Source of the DNA: Phallusia mammillata
Taxonomy: Eukaryota
DNA length: 64,000 nucleotides
NCBI GenBank assembly: GCA_965637545.1
Contig: OZ281494.1
Coordinates: forward strand, 12,896,001 to 12,960,000
Direction of reading: 5' to 3'
This document shows positions 12,901-23,325 of this stretch, piece by piece. A model generated the notes under the pieces. It ran no database searches and had not been told where the DNA came from. It saw nothing but the letters and a program-made list of their open reading frames with translations. Position numbers and translations under genes: made by a program. Positions within the stretch are counted from its first letter, which is position 1; each line of letters opens with the position of its first letter.

Positions 12901-15900
12901 AATCTAAAAATAACCAGGATGTTTGTTTACCATAAATCCGCACAAACGCGCATATGGGGACCCATTATATTATGCTTGCAGAAACAATTAGGTTATAAAG
13001 TGCCAGGAAAAAGATAGGGACCCAATGAAATGTAGGTGCCAAATATATATCCATTATAAATATAGTAAATGGAATATGTGATACATCATTAAATATGATG
13101 TAGTATATATAACCCAGCAATATATAGGAAAACCGCTATTCTAGTTTACAAACAAGTTTAGTTTCAATCTTCATAGAAAAAAAATTGTTCAGGTTGATTT
13201 AGAATTACAAACAAATCTGAACGAAGCACCTAAATTTATTGCCACAGATTAGCCTTAAAATATACCTTTAATGAACAAAGCATAAACAATTTGTTGTTGT
13301 TGTTGTTTTGTAGCAGACAGGCTTTGAACAAAATGGAGCGAGACAAAATCAAGGAAATCGGTAAAATTCATTCTGTTTTTGTTGACACTATGTTACTAGC
13401 TTTACACAATGACTTATATATCACAGGTTTGCAAGAGGTGATAACCAACAGCGGTTTCCTAATAATGGCAGATACAGTCCAAATTCCAGACAATCTAGAG
13501 GTAAGCTATTTGTGCCATTTTTTTTTGCTTTATGGTCTCTCAGTCTGTTTCATGTTTTTTAATACAAGGTGAAAAAACAGATCGTGAACTTTGGTCACCA
13601 GCTGACAATAAGAAAAAGTTTGGAAACAAAGTTATAAAGCCGCAGGATTCTCCAAAAGAAAATGTTTCTGATAAAATTGTAAGTTTAACATCGTAATAGG
13701 TGTGTGTTTAAAAATGTAATGAATACAGTCACTATTATTGCTTTAACAGTTATATCTTAGGCTACATTGTGTTATCATTTTTTCCATTTAAGGTCCAAGC
13801 CACGGAAATCAAGTCTTACTTGTATTCATGGTTAAGTATGCGACATATGCATCCTGTGTATGATTTGCACTCAACTGGAGAACGTCCTGATCAGACTTTC
13901 CGATGTGAGGTAAGAGAGCCTTATCTCAAGTGAAACCAGCTTGCAAACTGCTAGTTTAACACACAAAAGAGGAATGTTTTAAATCAAAACATATTTTTTA
14001 CGCTATATATATATATAAACATAAAATTTTGCAGATTTAAATTAGTGGAAAAACCATGTTATGTGAAATCAATAGGTCTGCTCTATAAAATATTACAAAG
14101 TCAAAAAAGTAAATTCAAAGGCAAGTTTGTTACTTTATGTATGGCTATTGTCTTCATTAAAACAGACCAACTACCAGAAATGCTGGATCAAAATTAATGA
14201 ATGAAATCTCTTATTGAAAATCCAATGTGAAAATTTCTAAACCTTCTAATATTTTCATCTTAACACAATATATTTGTTGAACACTACAGCTTCGAGTGCA
14301 AGGATATAAGTTTGTCGGAGTTGGTGAGTCTACAAACAAGAAGGAATCCCTGAATGACGCAGCATGGAGTTTTGCTGATTTCCTTGTAAAACAGGGGGAA
14401 CTAACACCCAGTGAATTGCCAGCCAAAACAGTAAGTCAAAGCCTTGTTTATAATTCAGATGAACTTCAACCAATTTACATAAATTCAAAACACAGCATGC
14501 AAAAAGATACTTAAAACCGGTGTTTCATTTCAGAACGGAACAAAACAAAATAATTCTGTGAAAATAATTTATTTCATTCCGTTTTTTTTTTCTGTCTTAT
14601 CAAAATAAATTTACAGTATTTTGGTTTTAACAAAAAGAACAATCCTTTGTTTAAAAAGAATAATCCTTTGTGTAAAAAGAACAGTCCTTTACAACAAAGA
14701 ATGAAAGTTATAACACACAAGAATTGTTGTTGGGTAGATAATACGTCACACAACATTTGTCAACTTAGGTCAAAAATATGGTGCATTGTTGGAGCCTAAA
14801 TTTTGTTATTATGTTGCACAGGCATGAAATTTTTTGCAACTTTCTCGTGTTAAACATTCAGAACGAAGTACATAATAAAAATCAGTGATATTTCATTTTT
14901 TTTCTGTGTTTAGTTTGCTTTTTATTTCTGTATTTTGTTCCTGTATTTGAACCAAAAATTAATTATTTCATTCCGGTATAATGTTCCATTCCGGTATGAA
15001 ACACTGTTCAAAACAACTTGCTATTCACACTGGAAAGTTACATATCTATTAGTCATTAGCTAAAATGACTCTAAGCATCATCGACTCATGTGTATGCTCA
15101 CATATTATCACATATAGATGAATCTAATTGAAAATAATTTAATCAACTAACTGATCATCTATCTAATTTTTATCATAGCAGATGGATGATGATATTTCTG
15201 ACAACTTCGGTGTAGTGAAAGATGATGAATCTGAGACAAGGGTTGAAATTCAACCTAAAAGAGGTGAGGGTAAGCAATAAATATCAAACAATAATAATAC
15301 ATTACATAAACTGTAACAAATGTAAATGCGGTTGCAAATCTTGATTGTCAGTGTATTAAGGTGTCTCCGAAATCATTGTTTTATGCCTGTATTATTGTGG
15401 GTAGTAGGGATGGACCAAAACTGCAAATATCATGTTTGGTCGAACCCCACGCATCTCACACTAATCCCCAGTGCTTGGCCGGCACACCCAGCGCCCAGGG
15501 CATTGTGATGTCGCAAACATTCCCGATTTTCCACTAGTTTTGTAGCATTTCAAGATCCCTGTAGTACATGCCCCAGAAATCCGTGTTTTGTCACTATATG
15601 CTTGGCTGATCACTGAGCATCAAAAACAGGTACCGAGTTCTCGGGTTCTGACTCGGCTCGGCCCATCCCTAGTGGGTAGCCTTTCCTGAAGGTAAAATAT
15701 GGTTTGCTTAAATCATTTGGTCAAGAAAGAGTGCTTTAAATCCTCCCATAGTTTGACCTCAGTTGATCACAAGTAATATTTTTAAAAATGGCTACACTTG
15801 CTAAAATAAATGACCCAGAAGTTCCATACACTGTTAGTTAGTATACTGCAAAGTGTGTGAAAGCATTTTGTAGATTTTAGTTGAAACCCCTAACATAAAA

Positions 15901-18900
15901 TCTTATACAGTTGAAGATATGGTAGTAATTGTTTGTTAGCTAAAATTTCAGCCTATTTGGCTCAGTGACAGGCCCAAAATAATGTCACATAAAGTTTTCA
16001 AATAAACTTAGGCCGGAAATGTACTTGTAGAAAGTGTTGCAAATGATGTACGTGTTCAACCATCAAACTTTTATTTTCTTAGTTGCCAGTGGTAACCAAT
16101 ATGTCCGTAAGAACCACAACCATAACCAGATGAACATGAAGGGACCCAAACAAAATATTCCCCCATTGATGAGCCTGGTCACAGCCCCACCAGTAAGTTG
16201 CATTTAAAACGTTTTATGAAATTTTCCGAGAGTCATAATTGTAAAGAACATAAAGTTTATTTAAGGTTTGCATGTGATTTTGTGTTGAAAAATTAATGAT
16301 CACACTCGGCTGCTGCTTTTAGAATCCCTTAACATTCAAGAACATAGCCCGAGCTAAATGTTGATCAAAATTCGACCCCCTTGTACCTTTTTAACACATG
16401 ACCTTTTATCGCCGTTATCTACACGTTTTTACCTGCCAATTGCACTTGTTTCTCACCTTTTTTGCTGCTTTTACTGGTTTTGCGCCCTGCTTGGTTTTAC
16501 ATTCATTCATTTGAGAATGACACAAGTTGCTGTTGAAACGTCATGTTTTATACAAAAAAAAATGGCTTGTTTGTTTCTTGTTAGAATTTAAAAAAAAACC
16601 GTTAATTGTGTACCTAATGATTTATGTTTTTTACAAAAGCTGTTTTTGTACACAGCTCGATATTTGCTAACCCAATTTTTATTTTAGGGACATCCCCATA
16701 TGCCCCCTTTTATGGATCGTGGTTGTGCCCCCCATGAAATGTGGGGAATGCCCCTTCATCCCCCACCTCACCCACCTCCGTGGATGATGGGACCCCCTCC
16801 GCCGATGCCAGGACCATGGAGGGGTATGATGGGAGGACCAAGACATGGTTGGCATCCAAAGAATGATTACTGGAGGTTGGAAGAGCAATGGATGGAGGAG
16901 ATTCATCATAGCCAAGAGTAGTAAGTCACTTTTGTAAAATAAAACTAAAAAAAAAAAAATTTAATCAAGGTCATAACTGCCAGGGTACTTGTGTATAAAG
17001 AATACAGAATGCAGATGTTTTAACAATCATTGTTGTCATCATCAGTGCAGGATTGTTCTCTGGCAGTTGTATTTTTGATTAAATTGCTCTTCAAGTTCTT
17101 ATATGTTAAGTATACCTAACTAACTTGGTAACTTTTGCACATGTATAAACCTGGTAATAAAGTTACTTGGATAAATATATGTAAAAGTGGAAAATGAACA
17201 CTATTGTTAATGTTTGTATAAACTAAATTTTCTCACTGTAAGCATTCTGATTTATGGAACCTGTGCGCAAATAAATTTTTAAACATTTCTTTGTAACTTT
17301 CCTACACCATATATGGTCAAAAATTGGGAAATGTGACTGGTTAAAACATTTGTTTTTGGATGTGAAATATAATATTTAATATTATAGTCAAAACCCAGAA
17401 GACATATTTATCAATCAAATGATAATGAGGCATAAAGAAGCAACTATGGGTGTTGGGGGTGGAATGAGACCACGCCCTAATCTCGCTATGCCGATGGATG
17501 GTCGTGGCGGTGGAGAATGGCAACCACAATATGTAAGTTACAGAAAATATAATTTTTGAAAAACTCTACACTGATTGTATCCAGTGAATTTTGTCTATTG
17601 TTTATAGTGGTCAATTTTTATTCGCAAAAGATCCAACTTAGCGAAGAACCAATTTGATTTTTCAATGCTTGTATAAATCACACAAAACCAATACTGTTTA
17701 ACCCTTTAACTGCGGCGGGCGCATAAATGCGCCCCGACACATGCCTCGTTGTAAACAGCGATACAAATCATATTAGTGCGGATATTTTTTACAACTGGGG
17801 TGCGTTTGAAAGCTTAGGCATATTAGCTTCAATTTATTCGAAAAAAATGATATGTTAGTATTTGAAAAAAATTAATTACACCAAGGAGAAAGTCAAAATT
17901 CAGAAAAAACGTGTTTTTTTCTAATTTATGTTTTGCAGCCATTTTTTTTTATTTTACGCTTGGTTGATTAACAGACAGCTGTTTGGAGTTTGTTTCAGGG
18001 CTCTGTAAGGGCGTTGTGGCGATCTTTGTTTACAATTTGATGTGTGTTCAGCTGAATTGGGCTTGAAAGTGGGTAGTTTTGGGCAGTAAATTTGCCTTGG
18101 TTTGCTTGAATATACTGCTGTATCAGTCAGTTTAGCTTTACTATTCGTGGTGACAGCAGTTATTTATCAAGAAAACAACTGTTGTAGAAGCATTTTGACT
18201 TTGGAAGTGTGTGGTTGCTGGCCAATATTTTGATTATATCTGGCCCTCAACTGCATTTACATTGTCAAATGGTAAGAGGATTTGACCTCATGAATGAACA
18301 ACAAATACAGAAGAATCAGTGCAAAGTACCTTGGGAATGCTTGGAATTGTGTTTTTTCTGTGAACTGTGTTTCAAACTTGCACATGCTGTGGTGTAATGA
18401 TACATAATAAACATCCCATGTACAAACACTTGTAAATGAATTATGTGTGTACAGGTATTCAGTAAACGTTTGAATAAGTCCGTAAATTGTCAAGTTTGCC
18501 AAAAATTATTATTGAAAACACGTTTCCTACGCTCAAAAACATTAAATTTATCCTTTACTACAGAAAAATAAGAAACTAAAATTGATCATTATGACGTCAT
18601 GAGCTAATTAATGACGTCATCGAAAAAACACACATCAAGTTTTGTAAGGAATTGTTTGTAAAACAACTTGGAAATAATAATTGTAACGAAAAACATCCAT
18701 AAACTGCAATTTTATGGAAAAATAGAATTGAAATGATGTCATTTCGTAAGTGATGACGTCATCGAATTTTTTTTTATCTCTAAATGGTAGAAAATTTTAT
18801 ACCCAACAACTTTCCCAGAGAAAGTTTTTGCCTATCTTCTATCGATTTTGCATAAAACCCTAAAGAGCAAGAGCATGTCTAAACATTAATTTTTGTCAAA

Positions 18901-21900
18901 AAGAATTCAGCAGTTAAAGGGTTAACTGTTTCATTCAGAAAAATCGTAACCAACTAACCATGGACGACCGTCACATAATGGCGAAACATGCTGCTATTTA
19001 CCCACATGAAGAGGAATTGAAGTCAGTTCACGAACTGGTGACGATTGCTGAACAAGCTCTTAAAGCTCTGTCTGACCAGTTTGTTGATGAAGATCACCCT
19101 CTGCCAAAATCAGGTGAGGCAAAAATCTTTACAAGTACAATATGGAATGTGTTATGTTTTGCACTGAAATAAAATATGTAATAGCAATCATAAATAGATT
19201 GTAATTTATAAAAGACACTAATACAGTAATAGCTTACAAAGGGCATTGGCACTCTATGTTTTTTTCCATGCAACTGAATCAATCAATTTGAAGTTGGTTA
19301 TTTATGTGTCTGTTAAAGCTTTGTTTAAATTTTATATACTAAAGAAATAAAATAGTTTGCAGTGCACATTATCAACTGTAAAAACAATTAAAATACACAT
19401 AAAATGATCAATATTAACTATGCATATTTGGTAATAACCCATGAGATTGTGATAAAAAGTGTTTATTTTTATGCTCAAATATATTTTGTATTAAATGTAT
19501 AAAAAAGTGTGATGATTCAGTGTGCTATGATTAATACTTGGTGAAACATAACAATTTCACTTTATGCTTGAATTATTTAAACAGAAGAAGAAATTGAAGA
19601 GGAGAACTTGGATAAAGAGGATTCTACAGAAAAAACAGAAGATGGAAATGAAGAGAAATCTACATCTGGGGATGAAGATAAACAAGAAAAGAAAGCAAAA
19701 ATACAAATGTATGAAATCAAATATTTATTTTTGAAGCAGTTTACCAAATTGACCATTCAATGTAAAAGCATAGAGCCAATAAATGATAAGCTGCAGACTT
19801 ATCATTTATTGGCTCTATGCTTTTACATTGATACTGTGACACTGAGCCGACTGTGGTTCCCAAGCAGTTGCTTGGCCATTGTGAGCCAGTTTTATGTGTG
19901 CTGTATGCCCAGCTGTGGCATTGCACAGACTAGGTGATGCATGGGGTTGTACCCTGTTGCTCCTAACAAACTGGAGTGCCGTTGGATGGCTACACTAGCC
20001 AATGCGGCCGATCTTTCGTCACCAGCTGCACTGATGAGACCTTATAGGTCGAAACAGTGTGCACTGTCTGCAGCTGACCATTCAATGGTGTTGAGACTTT
20101 CTAATTATAATAGGTTATCTAACATAAATGATAGAGCCATTTTTGTTAAATTTTGCAGTCTTTGATTATTGAGGTAGAGCTACTAGCACCATAACTCATG
20201 TCAGTTACATTTAGCTAATTTTCAATAGGTGGCACAGGAACTGAATTATTTATTTAGCGGCTAACTAGGGTTACGGTTGGCAAGTAAGGTTTTGAAAATT
20301 ATACATTGGGAACTAAATTTTAGTTTCATTAAATGTGCGAGTTAGTTTCATTAAATGTGCGACTGATGTGAGTTATGGTGTTGGTAGATTTTCCAATCAT
20401 TGAACTAATAAAGATGCACTGCGTCTTATCATTGGTGTTTAGTAATTTTGAGTGTTATTATGTTAGAGCTTTTGTTTTTTAAATATGATTTAGGCATGAT
20501 TACATTTGTCTGTACAAACCAAAAGTTATTGGTTATCAGCATTCCGACATAGGATACACATTATTTTTTTTGTTGCAGTTTGAAAAGGCCCAAGAAGCAA
20601 CCCAAAAAGCTAATTGACACTCGCCCTCGCATCCTGTGTGCAGTCAATAGAGTTGGTACTTTAGCTAAAGGACTTCTCATTCACAACGATCCCAATGTCA
20701 GTCTTGTATTACTTTGCGGAAACGTCCCCACCCAGAAACTGCTACAGAGGGTTTTAAAGCATTTACCAGGTAAGAATGTTTGATTATGCCATATAAAATC
20801 TGCTACCAAAAACAGAATTTGTAATACACAATGAAATGTTATTCCCATGTGACAGAAAACACCTATATGAGATGCTGGCTATGTTATTTATTTCTCCAAA
20901 CAATATCACAGTGCTAAGCATATCTTTTTGTTCAGAAAAAATGAAGGAAGTTAACAAGACACTGGAGTTTGAACTTGAAGAAAATGAGGCTGGCTTCACA
21001 ATTTTTGCAAAGTTGGCTGTTAAAGTTAAGGTAAGAACTTACATTCTCAAAAGGTTTTCCGAGTTCGTGCACTTTGCAACACCACAGTTCAATACAACTT
21101 TACTCAACTTTGGGTGCTTGTAGAGGCTGTTCTAACTTCTGACAGAAACAAAACAAGAATTCACCTAGTAAAACATGCAGCTTATCATTAAAGTGAGACC
21201 TCACAAAATCAAATACTTGTGCACCTGTGTAGAAGTTGCATAACATATGATAAAGGTTGCATGTTTAAAACCCAATACATGCTACCATTTACTTACCTTG
21301 CTTTGCTGCTATGGTTAGTTGAACTTAAAATATATCACTTGCGGAAGACATTCTTAAAAGCATTTCAAAGCAACACACCATTTGCTAATGAAACCAAACT
21401 TTTGTGTTCTAAATTGCATGCTTTTTCATAGGTTTTAGTTACACTCACATCCACCTCCTTAAACAAACCAAAACCCAAAGTACAAGAAGAGAAAGAAGCT
21501 GAAGAGGAAAAGGTAACAGGGCCTGAAGGAGTGGGTGAAGATGAAGGACACAAAGAAGATGCAGAGAAGGAGGAAGAAAAGCAAGAAGGAGATCAGAGTG
21601 AAGAGGAGAAGAAAGAAGAGACAGAAGATGCAGAAAACAACCCAACAGAACAAAAGGAAGAAACTCCACCAAAAGAGCAAGAGGAATCTAATGAGCAAAA
21701 ATACACATGTGTCGATTCGGAAACAAAGATAGATGAAATAGGTTTGATTTAATCCTTGCTTTAAAATCCTAATCTATTTCAGAGAAACAACCTAATGCTT
21801 TATTAACATCCTTTCGGGCATAAATAGTTTCAATCTGGGAACCTTACATACACTTTTGTTTACGTGTTAATTTGCAATGTTTAGAAGTGGAATCAAACAA

Positions 21901-23325
21901 TGAAGAAATTGAAGGAATGCTTCCGAAACATTTGCTGCTTGATGCGCTGGCACAACTGCGACATGCTAAATGGTTTCAGGTAATGGATATGCCAAGTATT
22001 TTTGGTACATTTTGCCTTCAAATACTAAAGAAAAGTGCTTGTTTAAAACTATCATATTTTTGTTGCAGGCACGAGCTAGTCAGTTGGATTGTTGTGTTGT
22101 CATGATTCGCATACTAAGGGATTTAAAACTGAGAGAAAAAGTTTGGAATCCACTATCCAATTGGGTACAGATCACTTTAGCATTATATAACATAATGTTA
22201 TGTAGTTTCAAACCTTTGTTTACTTTCCAGGCAATTGAAAACCTGGTATACATTTCATTGTCAAGTTCAAATGAACAAATGGGACATGGTGATGCATTCC
22301 GACGTGTGTTTGAAGTCCTAGCTGGTGGGGTTTTGCTACCAGGTAACATTGAAATAAATGGCCTCGAGCAATATGCAGCAAGTGCCACTTTCGTGCTTTG
22401 CCAAGATTTAGTTTTTACTGAACAGTTTTGTCATTTAGATCGACCTGGTGTTCAAGACCCATGTGAGAAAGACAAGGTTGATGTGTTGGATTGCTGTTCA
22501 GATCAGGAGTTGGAAGAGATGACTCGATATGCTCAGTATGTTCTCCTGAAAATTGCTTTTAGACAAATACACCAGGTTCGTTGCCTGAATTTACAGGTGC
22601 CATGGTAATGTGTGTACAAGACATTGATTGCCAACTGATCATGTTTATTTTTAGGTACTTGGTATGGAAAGGTTATCCCTGAATGCTCCTCGGCCTAACA
22701 ACCATTACCCTACATCTCATAATGTCAATAGCATACAGAGCAAAGATGAGAATGGTAGTGACCTACCAAACAAACAGCACTCAGAAAGTGATAAAATCAC
22801 AACAGAAAATGTAACAGAAACCTCTCCTGTAAAAGAAGGTAAGAATGAACTAAGAAACGTTTTCGGACATAAACAGGAATATACATGATGTTACCCTAAA
22901 TAATTTATTAATAGTTAGTTTATACATATTTACACTCTCAGAATCTACATTTTTCAAAGTTTGATTTCAGCATTGTGCAGTTACATTAATATTTCTTCTG
23001 TGTAACGTGGTGCAAAAGTAACCTGTTTCTCTGTCTAGCAGATAATGAAAATGAGCAAAAACTTGCTGACCTTTCAATTACCGATCCTGAAAACAAACAC
23101 ACTGAGGTTGTAGATCTACAAGAAAATGACAGAGTCACTGAACAAATCACAGATTGTCCTGAGGAAACAGATAAAAATTCCGACACGGATACCACAGACA
23201 AAAGTCAGAATCTTGACCAGTCCAGTTGTATGGAAAAGAATTCTGAGTTAAAAGAAGCACCTTCGGAGCCGGAGCCAAATCCAGATCAGATTCAACAGCA
23301 AACATCAAACACAGAAGACAATTAG
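6924..23325 (+). CDS. ZFR: ZFR-like DZF-domain RNA-binding protein, multi-exon: Q/S/T/Y-rich N-terminus, Trp-rich exon, DHX9-type dsRBD, Pro-rich region, DZF domain, acidic tail
   Basis: DZF motifs DDRHIMAKHAAIYPHEEEL (18960), RVGTLAKGLL (about 20650), LDALAQLRHAKWFQ|ARA (about 21935-22075), GDAFRRVFE, DPCEKD, KIAFRQIHQ|VLGM. Phase-consistent GT-AG exon chain traced from 11087 through 18939 into the DZF; long N-terminus with C-terminal DZF matches ZFR rather than ILF3. Stop TAG at 23323-23325. Orthology is uncertain because no zinc fingers were found. Confidence 0.8.
7715..7887. mobile_element. hAT-type MITE in ZFR intron
   Basis: Imperfect TIRs CAGTGTTTTTTTAAGGTTT / AAACCTTAAAAAAAAACCTG; perfect 8-bp TSD GTTACAAA at 7707-7714 and 7888-7895. 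Confidence 0.85.
9944..10079 (+). repeat. Local direct duplication (about 40 bp, ACATAATGC..GTGGTTTATGTTTGAACATGTCTGCCAACA) in ZFR intron
   Basis: Two near-identical copies starting at about 9944 and about 10039. Confidence 0.8.
10523..10690. mobile_element. Degenerate hAT-like MITE
   Basis: Decayed TIRs CAGAGTTTTTGAACC / GGTTTAAGAACCACTG; flanks CTTTAGTA and TTTTAGTT match at 6 of 8 positions. Confidence 0.4.
11511..12980. mobile_element. Helentron/DINE-like non-autonomous element with internal tandem repeats
   Basis: 10-bp subterminal inverted repeat ATGGGTCCCC (11513) / GGGGACCCAT (12956-12965); 5' hairpin CCCCTTC-CCT-GAAGGGG; internal 157-bp tandem (11581, 11738) and a direct repeat of about 104 bp (about 12190, 12410). 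Superfamily is inferred from architecture and the ends are approximate. Confidence 0.55.
14518..15006. mobile_element. Older hAT-like MITE containing a 21-bp minisatellite
   Basis: Termini CGGTGTTTCAT...GAACGGAAC / GTTCCATTC...ATGAAACACTG; flanks CTTAAAAC and TTCAAAAC (6/8); AAAAAGAACAATCCTTTGTTT-type units at about 14632-14698. Confidence 0.6.
15405..15671. mobile_element. hAT MITE with TAGGG termini
   Basis: TIRs TAGGGATGGACC / GGCCCATCCCTA (11 of 12 match); perfect 8-bp TSD GTGGGTAG at 15397-15404 and 15672-15679. Confidence 0.9.
15715..15970 (+). mobile_element. Decayed relic related to the 11.5-13.0 kb element
   Basis: Shares collinear words TTTGGTCAAGAAAGA, TTTGACC, GGCTA(C/T)ACTTGCTAAA, AAAATTTCAG and GGCTCAGT with 11750-12145. 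Confidence 0.55.
17702..18921. mobile_element. Non-autonomous piggyBac transposon
   Basis: TTAA TSD at 17698-17701 and 18922-18925; perfect 12-bp TIRs CCCTTTAACTGC / GCAGTTAAAGGG; repeated TGACGTCA palindromes inside; no transposase ORF. Confidence 0.92.
19750..20087 (+). mobile_element. Retrozyme-like unit of 325 bp bounded by a 13-bp direct repeat
   Basis: TGACCATTCAATG at 19750-19762 and 20075-20087; the interval is GC-richer than its flanks and contains a 34-bp perfect hairpin, small hairpins (CCAAGC-AGTT-GCTTGG, GGCTA-CAC-TAGCC) and a hammerhead ribozyme. Element class is inferred. Confidence 0.6.
20023..20076 (+). ncRNA. Type I hammerhead ribozyme, sense strand of ZFR intron 19708-20578
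   Basis: Stem I CAGCUGCA (20023-30) / UGCAGCUG (20069-76), 8 bp perfect; CUGAUGA (20031-37); stem II GACCU-UAU-AGGUC; GAAA (20051-54); stem III ACAGU-GUGC-ACUGU; GUC triplet, predicted cleavage 3' of C20068. All core nucleotides present. Confidence 0.93.

Noticed and set aside
13793-14430. A separate DHX9 gene or pseudogene
   Set aside because: No second dsRBD or helicase motifs nearby, and both exons fit in phase within the ZFR chain.
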